64,000 bases of DNA from contig CBFFRQ010000069.1 in the NCBI GenBank assembly GCA_965644315.1, positions 124,001 to 188,000 of the forward strand. The letters are read 5' to 3'. A program made the translations under genes and the position numbers. The DNA comes from Caecitellus pseudoparvulus. Lineage: Eukaryota > Protista > Bigyra: Bicosoecida. The notes beneath the pieces were generated by a model. It ran no database searches, had not been told where the DNA came from, and saw only the letters and a list, made by a program, of their open reading frames with translations. Positions 43,035-53,755 of this stretch are shown here, one piece after another. Position 1 is the first letter of the stretch. Every line of letters starts with the position of its first letter.

Positions 43035-44315
43035 TTATCCCTGCACGGCACCGGTGCCCTGCTTGGCAATGCATGTCACGAACAGCCCCCCTGCGCCGGA
43101 CGTCACCGGGTGGAACCGCAGCGTGTGGGGCAGGCTGCCCCGCTCAGGCTTCAGCGTATGCACAGCCTCGCATTGTTCCAACCCTGCCGCCTGAGACTGG
43201 GTGGGGGGTGTCTCCCACTGCACTGGAGCAAGCTGGGCGTCCGGGGCAAGCCGAAGGAATTCCTCTACCACACCTTCGTTCTGGGAGCGGGAGAGGGAGC
43301 AAGTGCAGTACACAAGGAGCCCACCTGGCGCTAGGTGGGCCCACCCATTCTGCAGCAAGGCCAGCTGGAGGCGTGGCAGATCTCGCAGCCGCCCCGGCTC
43401 CAGGGTGCTGCTCCCCAGCCCGTCCCACCCTTTTCGCCACAACTTGGCCATGTGGCGCAGACTGCCGTCATGGCTACACTCTGCGTCCACCAGCACTCGA
43501 TGGAATGCGGCCGGCGCCGAGGACGGCGTCGTAGGCGCCGTGCCTCCATTTGAGCCGGGCATGGGATGTGTCAGGGCTGCGGCACCCCCCCCACTGCGAT
43601 TCTCGACGGCGGAGTCCAAAACCCAGTCCGGGGCGCTCCCCTGCCGAGGGCGCTTGCGGCCCTTCGCCTGACGGGAGGCTTGGCGTCCTTGGGGGCGGGT
43701 AGCTGCGGTACAGCCGTCCACTTCCACGAAGCCTGGCGTGTCCAGGGGTAGGCGGGCGGACACGGTCGCCGTTGTGGCATCTGCACACAGGAGGCGTAGG
43801 CGCCAGCCAGCTTGAATGGCGCCACGTCGGACGATGCCATGGCGCCTGGCCAGCGTAGCTGTCGTGGCGATGCGCCGCGAGGAGGCGTCGACGCCCACCA
43901 AGGAGCCTTGCAGCGCCAGCGCATCCGCCGTGGCGATGAGCTTCCCGCCCGGCGCGCAACACAGCTCCAGCACGTGCAACCCTGGGCGCAGTCGCAGGGC
44001 AGCCACAGCTGCAGTGGATGCTGCGTCCATCGGGTAGATGCGGCCTTGTTTGTACGTGTCCCAGGAGGACACGGGCGGGTGGCGACCTTTCACAACAACA
44101 GCGCTGGGCAAGCCAGCAACCGGGCACAGCGTCGCTTGCTTCCCGGCGTCGGCGGCCAGGTCAGCCACAGATACACCTGGTCGGAGGCGGAGGTGGAGCA
44201 CGGAGTCGGCACCTTGCAGAGTGTCGGCTGCAAAAGTATCCGGGTCAACGCCTTCAGCCTCGCAAAACTTCAGCAGCGGAGGAGGGATGCCCGCCGCTGG
44301 CTCCTCTGCTGCCAT
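43035..44315 (-). CDS. RsmB/NOP2/NSUN family RNA (cytosine-5)-methyltransferase
   Basis: Motif I VLELCCAPGGK, motif IV FHRVLVDAECSHDG, motif VI GGLLVYCTCSL...QNEGVV, C-terminal GGLFV. Confidence 0.9.
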   Translation of the reverse strand: MAAEEPAAGIPPPLLKFCEAEGVDPDTFAADTLQGADSVLHLRLRPGVSVADLAADAGKQATLCPVAGLPSAVVVKGRHPPVSSWDTYKQGRIYPMDAASTAAVAALRLRPGLHVLELCCAPGGKLIATADALALQGSLVGVDASSRRIATTATLARRHGIVRRGAIQAGWRLRLLCADATTATVSARLPLDTPGFVEVDGCTAATRPQGRQASRQAKGRKRPRQGSAPDWVLDSAVENRSGGGAAALTHPMPGSNGGTAPTTPSSAPAAFHRVLVDAECSHDGSLRHMAKLWRKGWDGLGSSTLEPGRLRDLPRLQLALLQNGWAHLAPGGLLVYCTCSLSRSQNEGVVEEFLRLAPDAQLAPVQWETPPTQSQAAGLEQCEAVHTLKPERGSLPHTLRFHPVTSGAGGLFVTCIAKQGTGAVQG

Positions 44316-44729
44316 TCGACTGCACTCGCGTTAAGGTTGCCAATGAAGAGACCTAGGCCAGCAATACGCGATCTGGTAGTTATTTACTTGTTTTACAGTC
44401 GCCTCTGGGATTGCCAGGCGGCCTTCTTCCAGGACAGTCAAGCTGGCACTTGCGTGAGGCGGAGCCGCGTTTCACGAGGGTTTCGAGCTTCCTCACTTGC
44501 GGACGCAGCCCCTGCAAGCTGGCCCTGGAAAAGAGCTATCCCTGCAAAAATTAACAATCTTTTCAAAATTACACATCGATTTTTCTCTGTGCTGCAATTT
44601 TTCTTAACCTCTTACCCCTCCGTGCGCACCCAAGTGCTTGTTCTGTGCCTGGCCAAGAGGCAAGTGCAGTGCACTTCAACGCCGTCTGCCCGTGATCGCC
44701 ACTCTATTCGACAGCACCAGAAAATCAGC
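44316..44729. promoter_or_regulatory. Putative bidirectional promoter (NSUN / arginase) containing an AT-rich tract
   Basis: Divergent start codons ~410 bp apart. The AT-rich stretch aaaaattaacaatcttttcaaaattacacatcgattttt at ~44545-44610 stands out in GC-rich DNA. Confidence 0.45.
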
Positions 44730-46136
44730 ATGTGTGCCTTGGCTCGCTTGGCAAACAAGGCGTGTTCAGCCGTCTCACGCGCTCCTGTGCATGTGGCTCA
44801 AAGGTGCGTCAGTGTACAGCCACGCAAAGGGGCGTGTTTCTTCCCAACACGCTTACACGCCACGCACACGTTCGAAGGTGCAGGTGTTTGAGCACGAAGC
44901 CAGAGTCCATGCTGGCATCCCCCCCCGCACTGAGTGTTGTGGGTGCTCCTTTTGCTGAAGGCCAGCCTCTCGACGGAGTTGACCTCGGCCCGCAGGCGCT
45001 GCGGGATACAGGTGTGTGGGGGGTGTGCGCATGTGCAGTGCACCTGTGTCGTGGAGGCGCTGAGGTGCAGGTTTTGCAGGCGTCTGCTGCGCTTCGAAGC
45101 GTACATTCATCAGCAGCACCCCTCCCACCCCAATGCAGGCCTGCGACAGACAATTACGGGGCTCGGATGGCGGTACGAGGACCAGGGAGACATCGAGCCT
45201 GCTGCTGGCCCACCTCCCGGCACGCCAGACACAGGCCTATCTGCCCGCAACGCGTACTCGGTCCTGGAGACAAACAGGCGCCTGGCTGAAGCTGTGCGCG
45301 CCGAAGCAGAGCGAGGTCGTTTTGTCCTCACCCTGGGTGGAGACCACTCGGTGGCTCTCGGCAGCATCGCAGGTGCGTGCCTCGTCAGCCCAAGCCCACT
45401 GCTTCCAGCGCACGCAGCATTCTCACCCACCGCTCGCAGGCCTCCTGCAAGCTGGCCGGGACACGTCTGTGCTGTGGGTGGACGCCCACGCTGACATCAA
45501 CACCCCAGACGGCAGCCCCAGCGGCAACATGCACGGCATGCCCGTGGCGCTGCTGATGAAGCTGGTGGACGGCGCCAGCATGCCGGGGGGCAGCTGGCTG
45601 GCAGACGTGCCTGACCTGGATCCCTCCCGCATCGTGTACGTGGGCTTGCGGGACGTGGATGTGTTTGAGCGCAAGATGATCGCCAAGCACGGCATCAAGT
45701 CCTTCAGCATGCGAGAGGTGGACAAGTACGGCATCGGGCGAGTCATGTGCGTGCCGCCCATGCCCTGGTGGCGCACACTCGCCCCCAGCTGACACCCCGC
45801 ACACTGCACAGGGAGGAGGCCCTGGACCACGTGAACAAGGGAGGCCTGCGCCCCCTGCACATGTCCTATGACATCGACGCCGTGGACCCCAGCATCGCCC
45901 CAGAAACCGGCACCAAGGTGCACGGCGGCCTCAGCTTCCGGGAAGCGCACTACGTCGCGGAGGAGGCTGCCCTCAGCGGACTGCTGTCCAGCATGGACAT
46001 GGTGGAGGTGAACCCATCCCTGGGCGCCGCGGGGCGGCGGGGCGTCAGCCCCAAGGCCGTGCGCAGCAGCGGCGCCCAGACGGCGGCCGCCGCCTCACAC
46101 ATCATCGCGTCGGCGCTTGGCAAGGCCATCATGTGA
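44730..46136 (+). CDS. ARG: Arginase, probably mitochondrial (5 exons)
   Basis: GAPFAEGQ...GVDLGP, LGGDHS, WVDAHADIN, SGNMHGMP, GLRDVD, SYDIDAVDP, GGLSFRE and DMVEVNP. The N-terminus MCALARLANKACSAVSRA..RCLST is basic and lacks acidic residues, like a presequence. Confidence 0.95.
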
Positions 46137-47456
46137 CGCACCTGGGGCACCTGCCTCGCCCAATGCACTGTGGTCCCCCGCCAGCGTGGCGCCATGCGGC
46201 ACGGGCGGACCAGCTCCGCGCCCCTGCGGCACCTGCCTGGACTCGCCCACGCCTTCTCCGGACGCTGCGGCGGCTTTGAAAGCAGGCAGCTCTGCGGCAA
46301 AGAGCAGAGTGTGTGCCCAGCCCACATGGCTGCCGAACCGATCTCGGAACAGCTGCCCCACACGCTCGTACACGCGGGGAGTGATGGACTTGCACTTGGC
46401 CAAGGAGGGGTCCATGTCACGAACTGCCATGGTCCATACATGTGTGTCCACTGGGATGGCTTCAGGGCAGTCCATGGCGAACAGCCCGATGCAGTCCGCC
46501 ACCTTGCGCCCTGCGCCGGGCAGCTGTGAAAGAACCCCTTGCACGACGCTGTGCGGCTGCTCCCGCAGCGCTTCCAGCCAAGAGTGCACGCACGACTCCT
46601 CCTCCGCCGTGAGCGGCTCCTGCACTGACTTCGGGACAGGCGGAAAGTGCACCCTGCGGCGTTTCGTCCCGCGTGGCGGAGTGCCCGGAAGGGGCAACAG
46701 GGAGGCAGCCCTGGCTGCCTCGAGCGCTGCGACCCTCCACTCTGCATCTGACAGCGCTGCAACTGTACCAGCAATAAACTTTGCGCGGTACCCAAGCCCC
46801 AGCCCGCGCAGGTCACCCTCTGAAACGCAGCGCAGCGCAGACACGCTGGGGAAGGCATGCGAACCAGTCTGGGGCAGGCGTGTGCCGTAGGTCTGCCTAA
46901 TCTTGTTCAACATGAGGCGGATACGTGGGATGTTGTTGTTTGATGAACAGAGGAACGAGATGAGAGTCTCCCACGGGTCTTGGCGCAGGATGCGCATGCC
47001 TGGAAACCGCCTCGCTGCATCGGCGAAGGCGGGGTCATGCCGCAGCCACTCTGCATGCAAATCAGCCATGTCAACGTCAACAACCAGAAAGTCTGCCAGC
47101 CAAGCCTGAACCTCCGCCTGGAGTTCGGGAGACAGCGGCACAGCCAGCCCCGACACCGGGTCCACTGCATCCAGCAGCTGCCACCTGACCACGCCAGAAG
47201 TTTGATCTCCTTGCAAGGAAACGTGCGCCGCCCACTTGTGCTGGGTAATGACACCCTCCCATGTGTAGTGGTCAAATGCCCTGCCCTCCAAGTCTGCATC
47301 CTGTGGCGTCACAGTCACCTCCTTGCCTTCGCCCTGTCCTGCCTTGCCTGACGTGGCTGCCCAGCCGAAGCATTGGCCATTCAAGAAGGTATGGGCACCA
47401 TTGAATTGCTTGATGGCAAGTGTCAAATATCCGGGCCTAGTCTCTGAACTCGCCAT
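46095..47456 (-). CDS. OGG1: 8-oxoguanine DNA glycosylase/AP lyase
   Basis: GQCFGW, GMRILRQDPWETLISFLCSSNNNIPRI, GLGYRAKFI, LPGAGRKVADC (catalytic Lys), IPVDTHV (Asp/His) and GWAHTLLF. Confidence 0.95.
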   Translation of the reverse strand: MASSETRPGYLTLAIKQFNGAHTFLNGQCFGWAATSGKAGQGEGKEVTVTPQDADLEGRAFDHYTWEGVITQHKWAAHVSLQGDQTSGVVRWQLLDAVDPVSGLAVPLSPELQAEVQAWLADFLVVDVDMADLHAEWLRHDPAFADAARRFPGMRILRQDPWETLISFLCSSNNNIPRIRLMLNKIRQTYGTRLPQTGSHAFPSVSALRCVSEGDLRGLGLGYRAKFIAGTVAALSDAEWRVAALEAARAASLLPLPGTPPRGTKRRRVHFPPVPKSVQEPLTAEEESCVHSWLEALREQPHSVVQGVLSQLPGAGRKVADCIGLFAMDCPEAIPVDTHVWTMAVRDMDPSLAKCKSITPRVYERVGQLFRDRFGSHVGWAHTLLFAAELPAFKAAAASGEGVGESRQVPQGRGAGPPVPHGATLAGDHSALGEAGAPGASHDGLAKRRRDDV

Positions 47457-47965
47457 CCGGATGCGACTCGACAGGTTGCGGCCTTGGAAGCGAAGCAGCC
47501 CGATCAGGTGCAAGCGGAAATTGGTTCGCACACCAGCCATGAAATGGGCGGCAGAGCGGCAACACCGTGCCAAGAGTGCACAGCGACAGAGACCGTTCTA
47601 ATGACAAGAACGCTTCGCCCTGCACAGAATTATGTGCTTCACTGTTTCTCTGCTTCTGTGAGCGTGGAGAAATGCCAGCAGCATCTAGCGATCTCCCCGG
47701 TACCCCACCCTCCCCCTGACAAAATTCTGAACACGACGGCTATCACAACACCACTTGTGGTCCTATCGTGGCGCCCACCTTGTGCCCTCTGCAACGGTGG
47801 TACTCGCGCTTCGTGTGGCTGCCCGCACTTCACAGCGTTTCGGGGCGAAACGATCAGAAACGGCAGAGTACATCCCAGGTCTCCCTGCTGAACGCGGCGC
47901 TTGCACGGGACCCTTTGCTTCGTGGCCCATTTTTGCAAGCTTTACCCGCTGATCACTCACTTTCC

Positions 47966-50482
47966 ATGGCTGACTCGGACTACTACGATGACGAGTTCGA
48001 GGAGGACGACTTCCTGCGCGGAGGGACACCCGGCAGCTCAGCGCCAGTGCGTGCCGCTTGCAGCGTGCATCTCAACGCAAGACACCCTCCTGAATGATCG
48101 TTGGGTGTTGGCCCTCTCGTCGCAGACTTCTCATCACCGTGGCTCAAGCAGGCAAGATGGCGTGCTGGACAGCGGGGCGGCGCCTCACCGAACCCAAGGT
48201 GCGTGCTTATCCGCCACCGTGCCGCCCCCTGAACAGGGCTTGTCACGCAGCACCACCACAGTATTGTTCATAACCACTTCTCTTTGCTTCTGCCGCGCAG
48301 ATTTGCACTTGAACCGCCTGCAAGGTGCGTGCTCGCGAATGCGAAATGTCAGCGATCTTCATGGTCGCAGCGACGTGGCCTTGCTCGCGTCCACCTCCCT
48401 TACGCACCGCCCCCTCCTCCTTCCTACGCCCCAGGCTCGTTTTCTGGGGGCAAGCTTAGTGAAGGGGCTGGGCGCAGTGCTCTTGGGGCGGCAGGGGCCG
48501 CTTCCATCGGTGGCACAGACACGGGCAGCATGGACAAGCTTCGCCTGGCCAACCAGCTGCTGCGCACACAGGTGCGAGAGCTGACAGGCGCCCTGCAAGC
48601 CGCTCGGCGCGATCGTGGCACCACCGCTGGCTCTGCCGCTGATCACGAGTCCACGGCTGCCCTGGAGCGGCACCGCCTGCTGGCTGCGCTGCAAGGGAAG
48701 GACAAGGCGCTGCGGGCCATGACACGGAAATTCGAGTCTGCACGGGCAGCTGCCATCAAAGCCCGCAAGGCTGCACAGAGTGCTGCAGGAGGGGAGCGTG
48801 CTGCCGACCTGGACAATCAACGCCGTGCTCTGGGTCGGGAGCTGGAGGCAGTGGTGGCAGAGAACCGTGCCTTGAAGAAGATGCAGCGGCAGCTGGTGCG
48901 ACGCATGGAGGAGCAAGATGCCGCCACGGCTGACATGCCGGCACGCATCGCGGCGCTGCAAGAAGAGGTCCGCGTCGCTACCAGTCGCATGAAGGCGTAC
49001 CGGGAGGATGCCTTGCGGGCCAGCGCGGCGGCCGACGCACACAGGGACCGCCTCATGCGCCTGCAGACAGCACACCGCAAATTGAAGCGCAAGAAGAAGG
49101 GCACAAGCAGCACAGCCAGCACGCCCAGGAAGAAGGGCTCGGGTGCTGGGGGCAGCACGCCCTCCACTGCTGGAGGGCGCACTCCGTCAGCCTCCCCGTC
49201 AGCTTCCACTGTGTTTAAACGTTCCAAGGCCAAATGGGATGCAGAAAAGGATGAGCTGCTGAAACGCATCATGAGCCTTGAACGCGAGCGAGTCGAGGCT
49301 CGAACTCGAGACCCCCATGACACCATGGGCGCCGGCAACCCAGCGGCAGAGGAGAGTCAGCGCCTTCTGCGAGAGAATGTGGCAGAGCTCACTCGGCTGA
49401 AGCAGGCCATGGCAAAGCAGCAGAAGGCACTGGAAGAGAAAGAAGCAGAGCTGGCTCAGCGCACGGCACAATTGCATGAGGCACATGCGGCGCCAGTACC
49501 TGCACCAGCCTCGGCGCCGTCCCCTGCCAAGGACGACGAGCTTGGCAAGTCATGGGCGCAGTCCAGGCACGCGCCTGCTGCAGTGCCTGATGAAGCAAGC
49601 GATGGTGATGATGGATACTCGGATGATGAGTACGAGCAAAGCTCCAAGAGTGCTCGCCAGGCCCCTGTCCCTGCCCCTGCCCCAGCGTCAGATGAATATG
49701 TCCCATCATTCCTGCGAGGATCTGCACCGGCACCCGCACCTGCGCCTGCACCTGCAGCAGGCGGGTCAGGGGGTGACTACAAGCCATCCTTCATGTCCAG
49801 CTCACCGGCACCCGCACCAGCACCTGCAGCAGGCGGGTCAGGGGGTGACTACAAGCCATCCTTCATGTCCAGCTCACCGGCACCCGCACCAGCACCTGCA
49901 CCTGCAGCAGGCGGGTCAGGGGGTGACTACAAGCCATCCTTCATGTCCAGCTCGCCGGCACCTGCGCCTGCACCTGCAGCAGGCGGGTCAGGGGGTGACT
50001 ACAAGCCATCCTTCATGTCCAGCTCACCGGCACCCGCACCAGCACCTGCAGCAGGCGGGTCAGGGGGTGACTACAAGCCATCCTTCATGTCCAGCTCGCC
50101 GGCACCCGCACCAGCACCTGCAGCAGGCGGGTCAGGGGGTGACTACAAGCCATCCTTCATGTCCAGCTCACCGGCACCCGCACCAGCACCTGCACCTGCA
50201 GCAAAAGAAGATGAATACTTGCCGTCATTCCTGCGATCAGGCCCGTCTACCTCTGCTGCTCAGCCCAGCTCTACGTCTGGACAGCATGTTACGTCGGGTG
50301 CCTCAGGCATGCCTTCTTGGCTCATGGATGACATGGAAAGCAGCATGCCAGCATCGCCAGCACCTGCGCCTGCGCCAGCACCTGCGCCAGCTTTCGGCGG
50401 GGGTGGGTTCGGGGGAGGTTCGGGTGACGCATTCTCGCGCCCGTCATTCACAACCAAGAAGCACACGATGGACTGGATGTGA
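47966..50482 (+). CDS. Coiled-coil protein with lebercilin-like segment and repetitive C-terminus (4 exons)
   Basis: Exons 47966-48046, 48126-48198, 48301-48324 and 48435-50482 join in frame via GTGCGT..CAG introns. ENRALKKMQRQ...MPARIAALQEEVRV resembles the lebercilin (LCA5) coiled coil. Confidence 0.6.
49725..50200 (+). repeat. Coding minisatellite, 6 x 72/78 bp (APAPAPAAGGSGGDYKPSFMSSSP)
   Basis: gggtgactacaagccatccttcatgtccagctc recurs at ~49771, 49843, 49921, 49993, 50065 and 50137. Confidence 0.95.
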
Positions 50483-50591
50483 GCGCAGAGACAACGGGAA
50501 GGACAAATTCACGAACCTCAGCCACTCTGATAAGAAGCTGACTTTACAGTTCCTTGTCATCTGTGCGACTGTTGACTCGGCTCCCGTCGCC

Positions 50592-52062
50592 ATGTGGAGG
50601 CTTCAGTGCAAGGCACAACAGTACGCGTGGGGCAAGTTGGGCTCCTCCAGCAAAGTGGCCCAGCTGCAGGTGAGGCGAGAAAGCCGTGCCGATGAGTGAT
50701 CTCTTCAGGCATTTTATCTTGCGGATTTTCCCAGCATGAAGGCGAAGGCGCTGAAATCAAGGAGGATGAGCCGTACGCAGAGTACTGGTGAGGCACGTAA
50801 CGCCAGGCGAAACGCAGGCAGCCATGCACCTCGCCCCTCCCACTCCGAAGGTTTGGCACACACCCAAATGGACCCAGCAGTGTAACCCTTGGAGACGGAT
50901 CGTCTATGCTGCTATCTGACTTCCTAAAGGTGAGCTGCGCGCCTCGCAGGCCCCAAATCCTTTGTTGCAGTGCTGAATCCCTGCTCAACTGCAGGAGCAC
51001 CCAGAAGTCGGAGGCAGTGCGGTCGAAGCAGGAGCCTTGCCGTATCTGATGAAAGTGCTTTCCGTTGCCAAAGCACTTTCCATCCAAGCACACCCTGACA
51101 AGCCCCTTGCTGAGAAACTGCATGCGGACCGCCCGGACGTGTACAAAGACCCAAACCACAAACCGGAGATGGCATGTGCGTTGACTCCCTTTGAGGGCAT
51201 GTGTGGATTCCGCAGCCTTGCTGAAGTCCAAGGTCATCTGGAAAGCGTCCCTGAACTCGCCACCGCCGTCGGGCCGGATGCTGTCGCTGCACTGCGAGGT
51301 GCTCGCGCTGGAGGGGACCCGGACACTGCTCCGGCCTGCGTGGATGCCCTGCGCGCGTTGTTCACCAGCTTGATGAAAGTCGACGCAGGAACGCTTGCTG
51401 TGGCTGTGGATGCCTTGACAGTCCGCCTTGATGCTGAGGCTGAGCACGGCCAGCTGGGTGCCGCCGACGCGCTGGCCCATCGCCTGACGAAGCAATACCC
51501 AGGAGATGTGGGGGTCTTTGCACCGTACCTGCTGAACATCGTCACCATTCAGCCAGGTGAAGCCTTTTTCATGGCCGCCAATGAGCCACACGCATACCTG
51601 TCAGGGGACTGCATCGAGTGCATGGCCTGCAGCGACAACGTTGTGCGCGCCGGCTTGACCCCCAAACTGCGAGATGTGGACACACTCACGAGCATGCTGA
51701 CGTACCGCACGGGGCGCCCTGACTTGGTACCAGGCAAGCAAGTTGCCCCTGGGGTGACTGCATTTGTCCCGCCTGTCCCAGAGTTCGCCGTGCAGCGTGT
51801 GGTGGTAGATGGCCCCGGGCCTGTGCTGCCCCCCATCGCCGACTCTGCGTCCATCTGGCTGGTCATCGAAGGAACAGTGACTGCAACTGTAGGACAGGGC
51901 ACAGTAGCTGAAAGCGTGCAGTTGGAGAGTGGCGCAGTGTACTTGCAGGCAGCTGGGTCGCACTTGGAGTTGACCGGAGAGAGTGCGTTGCTGTTCAGGT
52001 CCCACACCAAGCCTTCCACAACAGCACCTGCCGCAACTGCCTCTGCTGCAGCAGCTGACTGA
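50592..52062 (+). CDS. MPI: Mannose-6-phosphate isomerase (type I PMI), 4 exons
   Basis: QQYAWGKLG, PYAEYW|FGTHP, LPYLMKVLSVAKALSIQAHPDK, YKDPNHKPEMA, YPGDVG and HAYLSGDCIECMACSDNVVRAGLTPK. Confidence 0.97.
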
Positions 52063-52073
52063 AAGGAAAGATC

Positions 52074-53567
52074 CTAGTGCGCTGCGTCTGCGAGCAGGGC
52101 GTCCAATGCAGCTGAGTTTCCTCGCCACAGACCTTGTGCGACGTGGGACAGGGAATCAGGGAAAAACAGCACTCGATGCTTCAGTCCCCGCACTTGACCC
52201 TGCGTCAACAGGCCAGCTTCGCGCAGGTGGGCCACAGCCAGAAGCAAGATCGCTACCCTTTCCTCAGCATTTTGTGCGGTGCTGTCGCCGTCGGAGTGAA
52301 CACCGCCATGGCAGCTCATCTCCAAGTCTGTCTGCGGCGGACATGCTGCCTGAGATGAACATTCAAGAGGAGCCCAGTGCTGGCTATAACGGTGTCCTGG
52401 CTCGGCGTCCCATTGCGCGAAGAAGCGGGGAGACGCCTGTGCCATGCTGCTTGGACTGCTCATGGGGAGCAGCTTGGGGCGCCGGCGCTGGGGAGTGGCG
52501 GCCAGCTGAACGAAGGCAGGCGGCATACCGAAAGGCAAGGAGTGGGTGTGCACTTGCTCTTGTGCGAGCTTGGGCCTGCATCGTGCCCACTCCGCCTCGG
52601 AAATGTCCACAGCTCCAGCACGTCGGCGGGAAGCAGGCCCTGCCGCGGACGACGGAAAGCTGCGAAGCACTGATGCCTGCACAGCACTTGCATCATCTGG
52701 AATGCCTAGCGTCCCTAGCTTGTGCTCCTCCTTCGCCGCAGTGCGTTGGTGGCTGTGTTTGGGAAGCACGCGGCGACGGCGCAGAGCTGGAGCAGGCGCC
52801 ACCGCCTGGCTGCACGCATCTGACACATCCTTGTGCTCTTCCTGACGCCTGCGGGCGTGCTTGGGGTGCCAGTTAGGCTGTGCCATCAGACTGGAGTCCC
52901 TGGGCATCTCCACCTGGGCCAATGCCCGTGCCGCCCACTCATCATCGCTGAGCCAGAGCAGGCGCTGTGGCTCAGACACGCCAGAGTAGGCTGTGTTGGT
53001 GCTGCGTTTCCGGGTCAACGGCACGGCAGCGGACGGGGCGGTGGCTCTCTTGGACATGCCACTTGTCTGGCGGGGGTGGGCCCGACGTGCAGGCAGACCG
53101 GCGCTCGTGCTGCCTAAAAACGCCAAGGGCACAGGCGTTTCGTCCAACGCCATCTGCAGCTGATCCACCAACACACCCCCCATGCCAGCGAACGCAGTCA
53201 CGAGGGCCCATGCGTCTTTGCTTGGCATGCCTCTATTCTCCAGTGCCCCTTGCAACACTTCTATCGTCGCAATCGTGCCTTGCGCCGTCACGAGGCTGGG
53301 TTTCAGGGTCTGTGCCTGTGTCGTGGCATCTGCTTCCACTGGCGCCAGAGACGTGCTGGGAGTCGGCTGCGAGTGTACCTGGAGGAGCTCTTTGAGGCTG
53401 GACACATTAGCTTCAAGGAGAAGCAGCTTGGCATTGTTGAGCAGCATGCCCAAGTCTACTGCTTGCACTGAGGCAGTGCGAGAGCGAGTGGTTTTGGCGG
53501 GGTCAGAGACACAGGCAAGTGCGCTGACTATTCCAGAGTCCAAACCATCACGGCGGCGCTTCGCCAT
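52074..53567 (-). CDS. Hypothetical protein (~497 aa)
   Basis: Long ORF filling the gap between MPI and the TRF4-like gene, with likely start MAKRRRDG. I recognise no domain. Confidence 0.55.
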   Translation of the reverse strand: MAKRRRDGLDSGIVSALACVSDPAKTTRSRTASVQAVDLGMLLNNAKLLLLEANVSSLKELLQVHSQPTPSTSLAPVEADATTQAQTLKPSLVTAQGTIATIEVLQGALENRGMPSKDAWALVTAFAGMGGVLVDQLQMALDETPVPLAFLGSTSAGLPARRAHPRQTSGMSKRATAPSAAVPLTRKRSTNTAYSGVSEPQRLLWLSDDEWAARALAQVEMPRDSSLMAQPNWHPKHARRRQEEHKDVSDACSQAVAPAPALRRRRVLPKHSHQRTAAKEEHKLGTLGIPDDASAVQASVLRSFPSSAAGPASRRRAGAVDISEAEWARCRPKLAQEQVHTHSLPFGMPPAFVQLAATPQRRRPKLLPMSSPSSMAQASPRFFAQWDAEPGHRYSQHWAPLECSSQAACPPQTDLEMSCHGGVHSDGDSTAQNAEERVAILLLAVAHLREAGLLTQGQVRGLKHRVLFFPDSLSHVAQGLWRGNSAALDALLADAAH

Positions 53568-53755
53568 CGTTGCACCTGGTGGGTTCAATCATTGGTGCAA
53601 GAAACATCGGGTTGCCTGCCGTAGGTGTGGGGGTGGATTGTGGTGAGAGAAAGGAGGTGCCGATCGCAAGCTCACCCCGGGGTGTGCTGCAGCACCTTGA
53701 AGCAGGTGCCCTTCTGAGCCAAGGAACCTGGGCCAGATACTGCCTGAAACCTATG

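Noticed and set aside
44380-44620. Possible structured ncRNA/snRNA in the AT-rich intergenic region
   Set aside because: I see no recognisable snRNA, tRNA or snoRNA motifs. A promoter is the simpler explanation; an Infernal/Rfam scan would settle it.
40762-47456. Operon-like metabolic cluster (MTHFR, CPI1, NSUN, arginase, OGG1) or a bacterial HGT island
   Set aside because: The genes have unrelated functions and mixed strands, several carry spliceosomal introns, and the sequences are of eukaryotic type.
49725-50200. Regularly spaced direct repeats resembling a CRISPR array
   Set aside because: There are no unique spacers, unit lengths are multiples of 3 and in frame within a eukaryotic CDS, and no cas genes are present.
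21954-52062. Apparent frameshifts or pseudogenes in VPH1, DRC9, MTHFR, arginase, MPI and ZNHIT2
   Set aside because: Each break is explained by a canonical GT..AG intron that restores the frame and the conserved motifs.
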